64,000 nucleotides of DNA. Origin: an uncultured Chloroflexia bacterium (GTDB lineage Bacteria; Chloroflexota; Limnocylindria; Limnocylindrales; CSP1-4). Positions within the stretch are counted from its first letter, which is position 1, and each line of letters begins with the position of its first letter. Below the pieces are notes generated by a model, which did not search any database, was not told where the DNA came from, and saw only the letters and a program-made list of their open reading frames with translations. The stretch spans positions 133,032-197,031 of the forward strand of contig CAWGQH010000016.1 of NCBI GenBank assembly GCA_963824735.1. Reading direction: 5' to 3'. The position numbers and the translations under genes are program-made. Shown piece after piece: positions 54,491 through 64,000 of the stretch.

Positions 54491-55353
54491 GGCCGAGCCG
54501 CGACGAACTGTGTCGGGCTGGCGGGGGTCACGTCGGCATCGGACGCGGGGGCCTCCACCAGCTCGATGCCGGCACGACGGACGCCCTCGACGAGGCCCGG
54601 TGGGGCGGGCGCTTCGGTCACGATCCGGGCGATCCGGTCGGTCCGGCAGAACGTCGCGAGCATCGCCCGACCCCACTTGGAGTGGTCGACGATGCCGGTC
54701 ACCTCGATCGCTCCGGATACCATCGCCCGCTTGATCTGGGCCTCCTCCTCCGTCGCGTCGGTCAGTCCCGACTGGATCGTGAAGCCTGCCGCGCCAAGGA
54801 ACGCGCGGGCGATGTTGATCCGCCGGAAGAAGCCGTCGCCCCACGGACCGACGACCGACAGCGCCTCCCAGCGCATGCGGCCGCCCGGCATCAGGATCGT
54901 GATCCCGTCCTGCCCGGCGAGCTCTTCGGCGATCCGGATCCCGTTCGTGACCACGGTCAGCTCCCGCCAGCCGCCGATCTGACGAAGCCGGCGCGCGACC
55001 TCGAGTGCCGTCGTGCTGGCGTCGAACGCGATCGTCTCGCCGTCGTGCACGAAGTTGGCTGCTGCCGCCGCGATCCGCCGCTTCGCATCGGCTTCGATGC
55101 GCTGGCGGACGTCGAATGCCAGCTCGGGTCGGTCCGGCGCCGTGGCGATCGCGCCGCCGTGCGTCCGGGTCAGCCGGTGCGACCGCTCGAGTGCGAGCAG
55201 GTCCTTGCGGATCGTCTGCTCCGAGACGTCGAACCGCTCGGCGAGTTCCGTGACGAGGACGCGGCCGTGCTCCTCGACCATCCGGTGGATCTGCTGCTGC
55301 CGTTCCTGCGTGAACACTGGCGTCCCTGGGCTTCGAACGACGACTGCGCTCAT
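54487..55353 (-). CDS. DeoR/GlpR-family transcriptional regulator
   Basis: ORF 54487..55353. HTH: VLVTELAERFDVSEQTIRKDLLALE. A DeoR C-terminal sugar-phosphate-binding domain follows. Confidence 0.85.
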   Translation of the reverse strand: MSAVVVRSPGTPVFTQERQQQIHRMVEEHGRVLVTELAERFDVSEQTIRKDLLALERSHRLTRTHGGAIATAPDRPELAFDVRQRIEADAKRRIAAAAANFVHDGETIAFDASTTALEVARRLRQIGGWRELTVVTNGIRIAEELAGQDGITILMPGGRMRWEALSVVGPWGDGFFRRINIARAFLGAAGFTIQSGLTDATEEEAQIKRAMVSGAIEVTGIVDHSKWGRAMLATFCRTDRIARIVTEAPAPPGLVEGVRRAGIELVEAPASDADVTPASPTQFVAARP

Positions 55354-55410
55354 CCTAACGCGAGGTCACGCGACGATGAGCAATGTGGTTGCGAATGCGT
55401 GGCTGCAATG

Positions 55411-55440
55411 TTGACATGGCGCCATGATCGAACCTAATGT
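55411..55440 (+). promoter_or_regulatory. sigma-70-like promoter candidate for the rhaSTPQ-like operon
   Basis: TTGACA (55411-55416), an 18-nt spacer, then TAATGT (55435-55440, TAnnnT). It lies about 75 nt upstream of ATG 55514. Confidence 0.35.
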
Positions 55441-55513
55441 GCGCCAATCCGAAAGCATTCGCAACATCCGCAACGATGGGCGTGAGCGATGCCGGAAGAG
55501 GAGGAACGTGTCG

Positions 55514-56671
55514 ATGTCCCCTACCCAGCGACGGCTCTTCGGGCTGCTGGCGACCGTGGCCCTCGTCGCGGCCGCATGCTCATCGGGTGGCGGCTCTCCA
55601 AGCCCCGCCGCGGTTGAGTCGACCGCCGCTTCCGCACCGCCTGCGTCCGAGCCACCCGCATCCGCCCCGGCGTCCGCGGCAGCGAGCGCCAGCGCGGCGG
55701 CCGGCGGCGCGGTCACGGCAACGCCGGGCGAGTCGGTCAAGATGCTGCTGTTGCCGAAGTTCACGGGCGTGGCAGTGTTCGACCAGGCAAACGAGGGCGC
55801 CCAGGAGGCGCATGCGGAGCTCCAGAACCCGGCCGAGCTGTCCTACACCGGCCCCGACCAGGCATCGAGCGCCACGGGTGGACAGATCGAGTACGTCACG
55901 AACGCGCCGACGCAGGACTTCCAGGCTCTGATGATCTCGAACAACTCGGGCGACCAGATCGCGCCCGCCGCGAAGACCGCGGCAGACGGCGGGATCAAGG
56001 TCGTGACGTGGGACTCCCCGATCCCGTCCGCTGAAGGCGAAAGCCTGTTCGTCGCGCAGGTCGACTTCGACGAGACCGGCGTGGTCATGGCCGACATGGC
56101 CCTCGAGATCCTGGGCGAGGCCGGCGGTGAGTTCGCCGTGCTCTCGGCGACGCCGGACGCGGCCAACCAGAACGCGTGGATCGCCTCGCTCGAGGAGACC
56201 CTCACGGACCCGAAGTACGCGAACCTCAAGCTCGTCGACACCGTCTACGGCGACGACCAATCGGAGAAGTCGTACAACCAGGCACTCGCGCTGGTGGACT
56301 CTCATCCGGACCTGAAGCTGATCATGGCCCCGACGACGGTGGGCATCGCCGCCGCCGCGAAGGCCATGCAGGACGAGGGGCTGTGCGACACGATCAAGGT
56401 CTCCGGCCTCGGCCTGCCGGCCGAGATGGAGTCGTACGTCCCCGATTGCTCCCCGCAGTTCGCGCTGTGGTCGTTCGTCGACCTTGGCTACGTCACGTAC
56501 TACGCCACGTACCTGCTCGCGACCGGTGCCCTCCAGGGTGTCGAGGGCGAGACGTTCGAGGCCGGCCGGATGGGCACCTACACCATCGAGAAGGACCCGA
56601 CACGTGACGCCGGGCTCCGGATCGTGATGGGTCCATTCACGGTCTACGACGAGACCAACGTCGGCGGCTGA
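55514..56671 (+). CDS. rhamnose-type ABC transporter substrate-binding lipoprotein
   Basis: SD GAGGAGGAA precedes ATG 55514 ([26 protein letters not shown]). Periplasmic-binding-protein type I fold. First gene of an SBP-ATPase-permease-permease operon (rhaSTPQ order). Confidence 0.8.
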   Translation: MSPTQRRLFGLLATVALVAAACSSGGGSPSPAAVESTAASAPPASEPPASAPASAAASASAAAGGAVTATPGESVKMLLLPKFTGVAVFDQANEGAQEAHAELQNPAELSYTGPDQASSATGGQIEYVTNAPTQDFQALMISNNSGDQIAPAAKTAADGGIKVVTWDSPIPSAEGESLFVAQVDFDETGVVMADMALEILGEAGGEFAVLSATPDAANQNAWIASLEETLTDPKYANLKLVDTVYGDDQSEKSYNQALALVDSHPDLKLIMAPTTVGIAAAAKAMQDEGLCDTIKVSGLGLPAEMESYVPDCSPQFALWSFVDLGYVTYYATYLLATGALQGVEGETFEAGRMGTYTIEKDPTRDAGLRIVMGPFTVYDETNVGG

Positions 56672-56770
56672 CCCCAGGCAGCCCACGCGACGCACGGGCG
56701 CCACGCTCAAAAGGGCGTGGCGCCCGTATTGTTTCTTGAAGCGGCAGCGGCCGACGGTGGGGCCCGAGGG

Positions 56771-58291
56771 ATGACGGACCAGCAGCGCGATCCCCAACCG
56801 ATCATCGAGGTACGAGGCGTCTCGCGGCGTTTTGGCTCGACCCAGGCGCTCGACGGTGCATCGCTCGCCCTCTACCCGGGCGAAGTGCACGCCCTCATCG
56901 GTGAGAACGGCGCCGGCAAGTCGACGCTGATCAAGGTGATGACCGGCGTCGAGCAGCCGGACACCGGCGAGCTCGTCGTCGACGGTCAACCGCGATCGAT
57001 CGCGAGCGCCCTCGCTGCGCAGGCACTCGGGATCGTGGCGATCTACCAGGAACCGATGGTGTTCCCCGACCTGTCGGTCGCCGAGAACGTCTTCATCAGC
57101 CACCGCGACCGCGGGCGGATCGTCAACCGCGGGCAGATGCAGCGCGATTCGAAGGCGGTCTTCCAGCGGCTCGGCGTCGAGCTCGACGTCGAGCTACCGG
57201 CCCGCGGCCTGACGGTGGCCGAGCAGCAAACCGTCGAGATCGCCAAGGCACTCTCGCTCAACGCCCGCGTCCTGATCATGGACGAGCCGACGTCGTCGTT
57301 GTCCGCCAATGAGACCCGACGGCTCTTCCGGATCGTCGAATCGCTCCGCCAGTCCGGCGTCGCCGTCCTCTTCATCTCGCATCGGATGGACGAGGTCTTC
57401 GAGATCGCCGACCGGATCACGATCCTGCGCGACGGGCGCTGGATCCGGACGGCGCGACGAGGCGAGCTCGCCAGGGACGTCGCGATCCGGGACATGGTCG
57501 GGCGCGACGTCGGCGACTTCTTCAAGCGCTCGCGTCACGAGCCCGGACCCGTCGTCCTCGAGGTGCGCGATCTCGGGCTGTCCGGCGTCTTCGACGGTAT
57601 CTCCTTCGAGGTTCGCGCAGGCGAGGTGCTGGGTTTCGCGGGCCTGGTCGGCGCACACCGCACCGACGTGGGGCTCGCCCTGTTCGGCGTGGCTCCGGCC
57701 GACAGCGGCACGATCGAGATCGACGGAAAGCCGGTGCGGATCTCCAGCCCGAGCAATGCGATGCGGCACGGGATCGCCTACGCGACCGAAGACCGCCATG
57801 GCTACGGCCTCGTGCTGCCCCTCTCGATTGCGGCGAACCTGTCGCTGCCGTCGCTCTCGCGCTATACGGGCCCGGCCGGCCTGCTCAAGCGCCGGGACGA
57901 GGCGGCGACGGCACGCGACTACCGCGAGCGGCTGAGCATCCGGACCGCGTCGATCGAGAGCCCGGCAGGGTCGCTGTCGGGCGGTAACCAGCAGAAGGTG
58001 ATGCTGGGCAAGTGGCTCAACACGAACCCGCGCGTTCTGATCCTCGACGAGCCAACGCGCGGCATCGACGTCGGGGCGAAGGCCGACGTGCACCGGATCA
58101 TCGACGACCTGGCGAAGGCCGGGATGGCCGTGATCATGATCAGCTCGGACCTGCCCGAGGTCCTCAACATGAGCGACCGGGTGCTCGTCATGCGCGAGGG
58201 CCGGCAGACCGCGGTCCTCGGCCACGAGGAGGCGACCGCCGAAGCCGTCCTGACGGCCGCGATGGGCGAGGCCGGGGTGACCGCCGCATGA
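56771..58291 (+). CDS. sugar ABC transporter ATP-binding protein (duplicated ATPase)
   Basis: ORF 56717..58291 trimmed to ATG 56771. Two Walker A/signature sets: GENGAGKST with LTVAEQQ, and a second half with LSGGNQQK / [11 protein letters not shown]. Confidence 0.9.
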   Translation: MTDQQRDPQPIIEVRGVSRRFGSTQALDGASLALYPGEVHALIGENGAGKSTLIKVMTGVEQPDTGELVVDGQPRSIASALAAQALGIVAIYQEPMVFPDLSVAENVFISHRDRGRIVNRGQMQRDSKAVFQRLGVELDVELPARGLTVAEQQTVEIAKALSLNARVLIMDEPTSSLSANETRRLFRIVESLRQSGVAVLFISHRMDEVFEIADRITILRDGRWIRTARRGELARDVAIRDMVGRDVGDFFKRSRHEPGPVVLEVRDLGLSGVFDGISFEVRAGEVLGFAGLVGAHRTDVGLALFGVAPADSGTIEIDGKPVRISSPSNAMRHGIAYATEDRHGYGLVLPLSIAANLSLPSLSRYTGPAGLLKRRDEAATARDYRERLSIRTASIESPAGSLSGGNQQKVMLGKWLNTNPRVLILDEPTRGIDVGAKADVHRIIDDLAKAGMAVIMISSDLPEVLNMSDRVLVMREGRQTAVLGHEEATAEAVLTAAMGEAGVTAA

Positions 58292-59352
58292 CCGCCAGCC
58301 CGGTGAGCATCGTCACGTCCCGCGTGCGGCCCGAGCAGGTCCGCGAGGCGTCGCTGGTCGTGATCATCGCGCTGCTGATCGCGTTCTTTGCAACACAGAT
58401 CGACGGCTACCTGTCGGGCACGACGTTCACCCGCATCAGCGCCAGCTTCGCGATCGTCGCGGTCCTCGCGGTCGGCCAGACGCTGGTCGTCCTGACCCGC
58501 AACGTCGACCTGTCGGTGGGCTCGATCGTCGGCCTCATCGCCTATGGCGTCGGCACGCTGCTCGGCAGCTTCCAGGACCTGCCGCCGGTGCTCGTGATCG
58601 GACTGTGCCTCGTCCTGGGGGGCGTCCTCGGCGCGATCAACGGCGTCATCGTGTCGTGGGGCCGCGTCCCGGCGATCGTGACGACGCTCGGCACGCTGGC
58701 GATCTTCCGGGTGCTGCTCGTCGAATTGTCCGGATCCAAGACCGTGACCACCGAGTCGCTCCCGACCTGGGTCGTCGACCTGCCGCGGGTCGACCTGCTG
58801 ACGATCGGCACGCTCGACATCCGGCCGCTGGTGGTGATGGCGCTCGCCATCGCGGTCGTGTTCCAGCTCGGGCTCCGGTACCTGCCGTTCGGGCGGCGGT
58901 TGTTCGCGATCGGGTCGAACCCCGAGGGTGCGCAGCTCGTCGGCATGCCGGTCAAACGCGACGTCTTCCTCGCGTTCACCCTGTCCGGCGCCCTGGCCGG
59001 CCTCGCCGGGTTCATGTTCCTGTCGCGCTTCGGGAACATCACGGTTGCCGCCGGTCTGGGCCTCGAGTTGCAGGCCGTTGCCGCAGTGGTCGTCGGGGGC
59101 GTCAACATCTTCGGCGGGATCGGCTCGATCGGCGGGGCGGTGCTGGGCGCCTTCCTGATCGACCTCCTCTCGCAGAGCCTCACCCGGATGGAGGCGGTCT
59201 CCGAGTTCACGCGCGACGCGCTGCTCGGCCTGCTGATCCTCCTTGCCGTGGCGAGCGACAGCGTGATCCTTGCCCGGCTGCGGGCGGGCTGGCAGGCGGC
59301 CAGGGCCCGCGAGATGGCCCGTCGCGAGGCCGAGGGGGTCGCAGTTGGCTGA
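58288..59352 (+). CDS. sugar ABC transporter permease
   Basis: ATG 58288 overlaps the upstream TGA (ATGA). Multi-TM protein of the ribose/rhamnose permease family within ORF 58012..59352. Confidence 0.85.
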   Translation: MTASPVSIVTSRVRPEQVREASLVVIIALLIAFFATQIDGYLSGTTFTRISASFAIVAVLAVGQTLVVLTRNVDLSVGSIVGLIAYGVGTLLGSFQDLPPVLVIGLCLVLGGVLGAINGVIVSWGRVPAIVTTLGTLAIFRVLLVELSGSKTVTTESLPTWVVDLPRVDLLTIGTLDIRPLVVMALAIAVVFQLGLRYLPFGRRLFAIGSNPEGAQLVGMPVKRDVFLAFTLSGALAGLAGFMFLSRFGNITVAAGLGLELQAVAAVVVGGVNIFGGIGSIGGAVLGAFLIDLLSQSLTRMEAVSEFTRDALLGLLILLAVASDSVILARLRAGWQAARAREMARREAEGVAVG

Positions 59353-60361
59353 CGTCCGCCGCTTCCTCCGCACCTGGGAAGGACTCCTGCTGGTCCTGCT
59401 GATCGTGATCGTCGTCGCGAACGCGAGCACCGTGCAGGGCTACCTCCAGCCGCAGAACCAGGTCAACCTGCTGACGCTCGGGATCGAGAAGGCGATCGTC
59501 GCGCTGGTGATGGCGTTCGTCATCATCGGCGGCGAGATCGACCTGTCGGTGGCGTCGATCATGGGCCTCGCCGCGATCCTGTTCGCGTGGGCGATCGACC
59601 AGGGCACAGCACCCGAGATCGCGCTGCTGCTCGCGCTGGGAGTCGGCCTCCTGTGTGGCCTCAACAACGCGTTCTGGGTCGCGGTCGTGGGACTGCCATC
59701 GCTCGCGGTGACGCTGGCCGGCCTGATCGGCTATCGCGGCCTCGCGCTGATGCTCATCGAGGATGGCTCGCTCGGTGGCTTCCCCGACTGGTTCGAGACG
59801 CTCGGCCAGCGACCGATGGTGGGGCCGATCCCGTTCGCCGTCCTGTTCTTCTTCGTGTTGCTGGTCGTTGCCGCGGTGGTGCTCCACCGGACCGGGTTCG
59901 GGCGTCTCGTGTATGTCGTCGGGAACAGCACGGCCGTCGCCCGCTTCTCCGGCGTCCGGGTGTCCCGCGTGAAGGCGGCCCTGTTCATCATGTCCGGGCT
60001 CGTGGCCGCGGCCGCCGGGCTGCTGCTCGCGGCGCGTTTCGGTTCCGTGCGCGGGAGCATCGCCCAGGGCTTCGAGCTCGACGTCATCACGATCGTGCTG
60101 TTCGGCGGCGTGAGCATCTTTGGCGGACGCGGATCGATGCTCGGCGTGTTCCTGTCGATCCTCGTGATCCTGAACCTGCGCAACGGGCTGTCGCTGCTCG
60201 GCGTGAGCGGCAATTCGCAGACCGGCGTGATCGGAGCGCTGCTGATCCTGTCGGTGCTGCTGCCGAACGTTATTTCCGACCTGCGCCGATACCTCGCGCG
60301 CCGATCGCTCCGCGATGCCTCTCCCTCCGACGCGCTGCCGACGCCAGGAGGCGCCACATGA
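59345..60361 (+). CDS. sugar ABC transporter permease
   Basis: TTG 59345 overlaps the upstream stop (TTGGCTGA). Multi-TM protein within ORF 59270..60361. Confidence 0.8.
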   Translation: MADVRRFLRTWEGLLLVLLIVIVVANASTVQGYLQPQNQVNLLTLGIEKAIVALVMAFVIIGGEIDLSVASIMGLAAILFAWAIDQGTAPEIALLLALGVGLLCGLNNAFWVAVVGLPSLAVTLAGLIGYRGLALMLIEDGSLGGFPDWFETLGQRPMVGPIPFAVLFFFVLLVVAAVVLHRTGFGRLVYVVGNSTAVARFSGVRVSRVKAALFIMSGLVAAAAGLLLAARFGSVRGSIAQGFELDVITIVLFGGVSIFGGRGSMLGVFLSILVILNLRNGLSLLGVSGNSQTGVIGALLILSVLLPNVISDLRRYLARRSLRDASPSDALPTPGGAT

Positions 60362-60462
60362 GTCCCTTTCCTGGTCCACGCCCAATCGGCCGCCGCTCGG
60401 GCCCTGCTCCTCCAGGCCCGAGCGGTCGCGCCGACCCAATGTCGAGGGCGGGGTGGCATCCC

Positions 60463-62531
60463 ATGACGACGCACGTCACCGCGTCAACAGGGGCCACGGG
60501 CGACACAGTCAGCGATCTTCTCGAGCGCTCGCATCGACTCGGGGCCGATCCGAAGAACACGAACTACGCCGGCGGCAACACCTCGGCCAAGGGCAGCGCG
60601 ATCGATCCGCTGACCGGACGCCCGGTCGAGCTGCTCTGGGTCAAGGGTTCAGGCGGCGATCTCGGGACGCTCACCGAGGCCGGTCTGGCGGTCCTCCGGC
60701 TGGATCGCCTCCGGTCGCTCGTGGACGTCTACCCCGGCGTCGAGCAGGAAGACGAGATGGTCGCGGCGTTCGACCACTGCCTGTTCGGACGCGGCGGTGC
60801 CGCCCCGTCGATCGACACCGCGATGCACGGGCTGGTCGACGCGGCCCATGTCGACCACCTCCACCCGGACAGCGGGATCGCGTTCGCCACCGCGGCGGAC
60901 GGCGAGGCGCTGACCCGGCGGGCATTCGGTGACCGCGTCGCGTGGACCCCGTGGCGACGGCCCGGGTTCCAGCTCGGGCTCGACATCGCCGCGATCCGGC
61001 GCGAGCGACCCGATGCGATCGGCGTGATCCTCGGCGGCCACGGCATCACGGCCTGGGGCGCGACATCGGAGGAGGCCGAGCGGAATTCGCTCGAGATCAT
61101 CCGGACCGCGGAGCGGTTCATCGCGGAGCACGGCCGGCCGGAGCCGCTTGGCGCTGCGGTGCCGGGGCACGCGGCGCTGCCCGAAGCGGACCGACGGGCG
61201 CGCGCCGCCGCACTCTTCCCGTTGCTGCGCGGGCTGGCGTCCACGGATCGCCCGCAGGTGGGCCACTACACCGACAGCGACGTCGTCCTCGACTTCGTCG
61301 CCCGCGAGGCGATGCCCCGGCTCGCCGCGCTCGGGACGTCGTGCCCCGACCACTTCCTGCGCACGAAGGTCCGGCCGCTCGTCGTCGATCTGCCTGGGTC
61401 GGCGCCGCTCGAAGAGCTCGAGGTCGCGGATCCGCGAGCTCCACGCGGCCTACCGCGACGAGTACGCCGCCTACTACGAACGGCACGCCACGCCCGACTC
61501 GCCGCCGATGCGCGGTGCCGACCCGGCGATCGTGCTCGTTCCGGGTGTCGGCATGTTCAGCTTCGGGACGGACAAGCAGACCGCCCGGGTCGCCGGCGAG
61601 TTCTACGTCAACGCGATCAACGTCATGCGCGGTGCGGAGGCAATCAGCACGTACGCGCCGATCCCCGAATCGGAGAAGTTCCGCATCGAGTACTGGGCGC
61701 TGGAGGAGGCCAAGCTGGCCCGCCAGCCCAGGCCGAAGCCGCTGGCGACCCGCGTCGCATTCGTGACCGGCGGCGGCTCGGGGATCGGACGGGCGATCGC
61801 CCACCGGCTGGCGGCCGAAGGCGCGTGCGTCATCGTCGCCGACATCGATGCGGGCAACGCGGAGGCGGTCGCCCGCGAGATCGGCACCACCGACCGGGCG
61901 GTCAGCGTCGCCTGCGACGTCACCGATGAAGGCGCAGATCGCCGCCGCGCTCGAGGCGTCGGTGCTCGCGTTCGGGGGCGTCGACATCGTCGTCAACAAT
62001 GCCGGTCTGTCGATCTCGAAGTCGCTGTTCGAGACGGACGCCCGCGACTGGGACCTCCAGCACGACGTGATGGCCCGCGGCTCGTTCCTCGTCTCGCGCG
62101 AGTTCGCCCGGGTGATGCGCGACCAGGGCATGGGCGGCGACCTCGTGTACATCGTCAGCAAGAACGCCTTCTTCGCGGGGCCGAACAACGTCGCCTACGG
62201 CGCGTCGAAGGCGGACCAGGCGCACCAGGTCCGGCTCCTTGCCGCGGAGCTCGGGCAGTACGGCATCCGCGTCAACGGCGTCAACCCGGACGGCGTCGTG
62301 CGCGGCTCCGGGATCTTCGCCAAGGGCTGGGGCGCCGATCGCGCGCGCACCTACGGGGTCCCCGAGGACAAGCTCGGCGAGTTCTATGCGCAGCGAACGC
62401 TGCTCAAGAAGGAGGTGCTGCCGGAGCACGTGGCTGCGGCGGTGTTCGCCCTCGTCGGGGGCGACCTGTCGCAGACGACCGGCCTCCACGTCCCCGTCGA
62501 CGCCGGGGTCGCAGCCGCCTTCCTGCGATGA
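60463..62531 (+). pseudogene. rhaEW: bifunctional rhamnulose-1-phosphate aldolase / short-chain dehydrogenase (RhaEW type; two frame breaks as assembled)
   Basis: Start at ATG 60463 (MTTHVTAS) or ATG 60358. The aldolase half carries NYAGGNTSAKG and HLHPD. The SDR half carries TGGGSGIGRA and YGASKAD. The breaks are at about 61424 and 61931. Stop at 62529-62531. Confidence 0.8.
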
Positions 62532-63981
62532 CCGGCGGCGCGGTCGCGGCCGTCGACCTCGGCGCCTCGAGCGGGCGTGTCGTCGTCGGCCGGGTGTCGG
62601 ACCGAACGCTCGACCTCACCGAGGTCCACCGCTTCCCGAACGGGCCCGTCACGTCACCTGACGGGCTCCGCTGGGATGCCGCCGTCCTCAGGCGCGAGGT
62701 CCTCGAAGGCCTGCGCCGCGCCGCGTCAGCGGCGGACGACCTGGCCGGCATCGGCGTCGACGCATGGGGCGTCGACTACGGGCTGCTCGATGCCGGCGGT
62801 GAGCTCGTCGCCGAGCCGTTCCACTACCGCGACGAGCGGACCGCGCGCGGCGTCGAGCGCGTCCACGCGATCGTGCCGCCCGACCGTCTCTACGCGCGGA
62901 CCGGCCTCCAGTTCCTGCCGTTCAACACGCTCTACCAGCTGGCGGCCGAGCCCGACGCCTCGCTCGCGGATGCAGCCACGATGGTCCTCATCCCCGATCT
63001 CGTCGGCGTCGTGGCTGACCGGCCGGCCCGCGGCGGAACGCACGAACGCGTCCACGACCGGCCTGCTCGACGCGACGTCGGCGACCTGGGCGTGGGACGT
63101 CATCGACGCGCTCGGGTCTCCCGCGACGCCTGTTCGCGGAGCTGTCCGACCCGGGCGACCGGCTCGGGCCGCTTCGCGACGACGTGGCCGAAGCGACCGG
63201 CCTGCCGGCAGCGACGCCGGTGATCCACGTCGGCTCGCACGACACCGCGTCGGCAGTCGTCGGCGTTCCGGCCGCCGGCGATGCCTTCGCCTACATCTCG
63301 TGCGGGACCTGGGGCCTCGTGGGCGTCGAGCTCGACGGGCCGGTCGTGACCGACGCCAGCCGCGCGGCGAACTTCACGAACGAGCGCGGCGTGGACGGCC
63401 GGGTGCGCTTCCTGCGCAACGTCATGGGGCTGTGGCTCCTGCAGGAATCCATGCGCACGTGGGCCGAGGCCGGCGAACCCGGAGGACCTCGACCGCCTGC
63501 TGGCCGGCGGCGGCGAAGCTTCCGGCCGGGGGTCCCGATCGTCGACCCGAACGATCCGGCATTCCTGCCGCCCGGTGACATGCCGGCGCGGATCGCAGCG
63601 GCGCTGCGCAGGGACGGGCAGGCCGCGCCATCGACGCGTGAGGCGCTCGTCCGCTGCATCCTCGACAGCCTCGCGGCGGCCTTCGCCTCCGCCGTGCGCG
63701 ATGCGGCGCGCCTGTCGGGCCGTCGCGTCGAAACCGTCCACCTGGTCGGCGGCGGAGCGCGGAACGATCTCCTGTGCCGGCTCACGGCCGACGCGATCGA
63801 GCTCCCGGTCGTCGCCGGACCGGTCGAGGCCACGGCGCTCGGCAATGTCCTCGTCCAGGCCCGGGCCGCGGGATTGATCAGCGGGGATCTCGAGACCCTT
63901 CGCGCGCGGATCCGTGCGACCCAGACGCTGCGGCGCTACGAACCTGGACGCCGACCGGCCACCGTATCCTCGACGCCGTGA
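62528..63981 (+). pseudogene. rhaB: rhamnulokinase (FGGY family; at least four frame breaks as assembled)
   Basis: ATG 62528 (ATGA overlap). Motifs: AVDLGASSGRV, GVDAWGVDYGLLD, GSHDTASAV, HLVGGGARN. The frame changes at about 63008, 63130, 63479 and 63530. Confidence 0.8.
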
Positions 63982-64000
63982 CGCGTCGGCGACTCCCACG

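Overview
This is a 64-kb chromosomal segment of about 70% GC that looks actinobacterial. Supporting signs are a DUF3090 + SCO1664-family gene pair, a class A PBP, a MacB-type ABC plus two-component cluster, many GTG starts, and ATGA/GTGA start-stop overlaps. I call about 55 protein genes. I recognised no rRNA, tRNA, CRISPR array, transposase or integrase.

Content from left to right:
(i) 1-5310: two convergent CHAT (caspase-like) protease genes plus a translationally coupled orphan ORF.
(ii) 5481-12869: an amino-sugar/oligosaccharide locus (BadF-type kinase, CE4 deacetylase, ABC importer, GntR/HutC regulator, GH4 6-phospho-glycosidase).
(iii) 13212-20325: PBP1A, an orphan ABC ATPase, a sulfite-oxidase-family Mo enzyme, and the DUF3090/SCO1664 pair.
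(iv) 20577-26347: a heavily frame-broken adaptor/ATPase/FtsX-permease operon with a lipoprotein, an intact histidine kinase and a broken response regulator.
(v) 26738-44931: mixed functions, including a ~1190-aa Cas4-like nuclease/SF1 helicase, an MFS transporter, a class III cyclase, methyltransferases, a GNAT, kynureninase + AFMID-type formamidase, a MetE-like enzyme and an APC permease.
(vi) 44987-63981: an L-rhamnose/rhamnoside utilisation supercluster (GH78, two ABC importers, AraC and DeoR regulators, rhaI, rhaM, rhaEW-type aldolase/SDR, rhaB).

The best candidate for something undescribed is the CHAT locus at the left edge. It pairs a hydrolase-CHAT protein (Ser-to-Ala nucleophile elbow) and an orphan partner with a facing CHAT / Glu-Arg-rich helix / 4-TM protein.

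Major caveat: at least 19 genes change reading frame mid-gene, mostly at short mononucleotide runs. The assembly therefore probably carries indel errors, and 'pseudogene' here means frame-broken as assembled. All family assignments come from motif recognition by eye; no database search was run.
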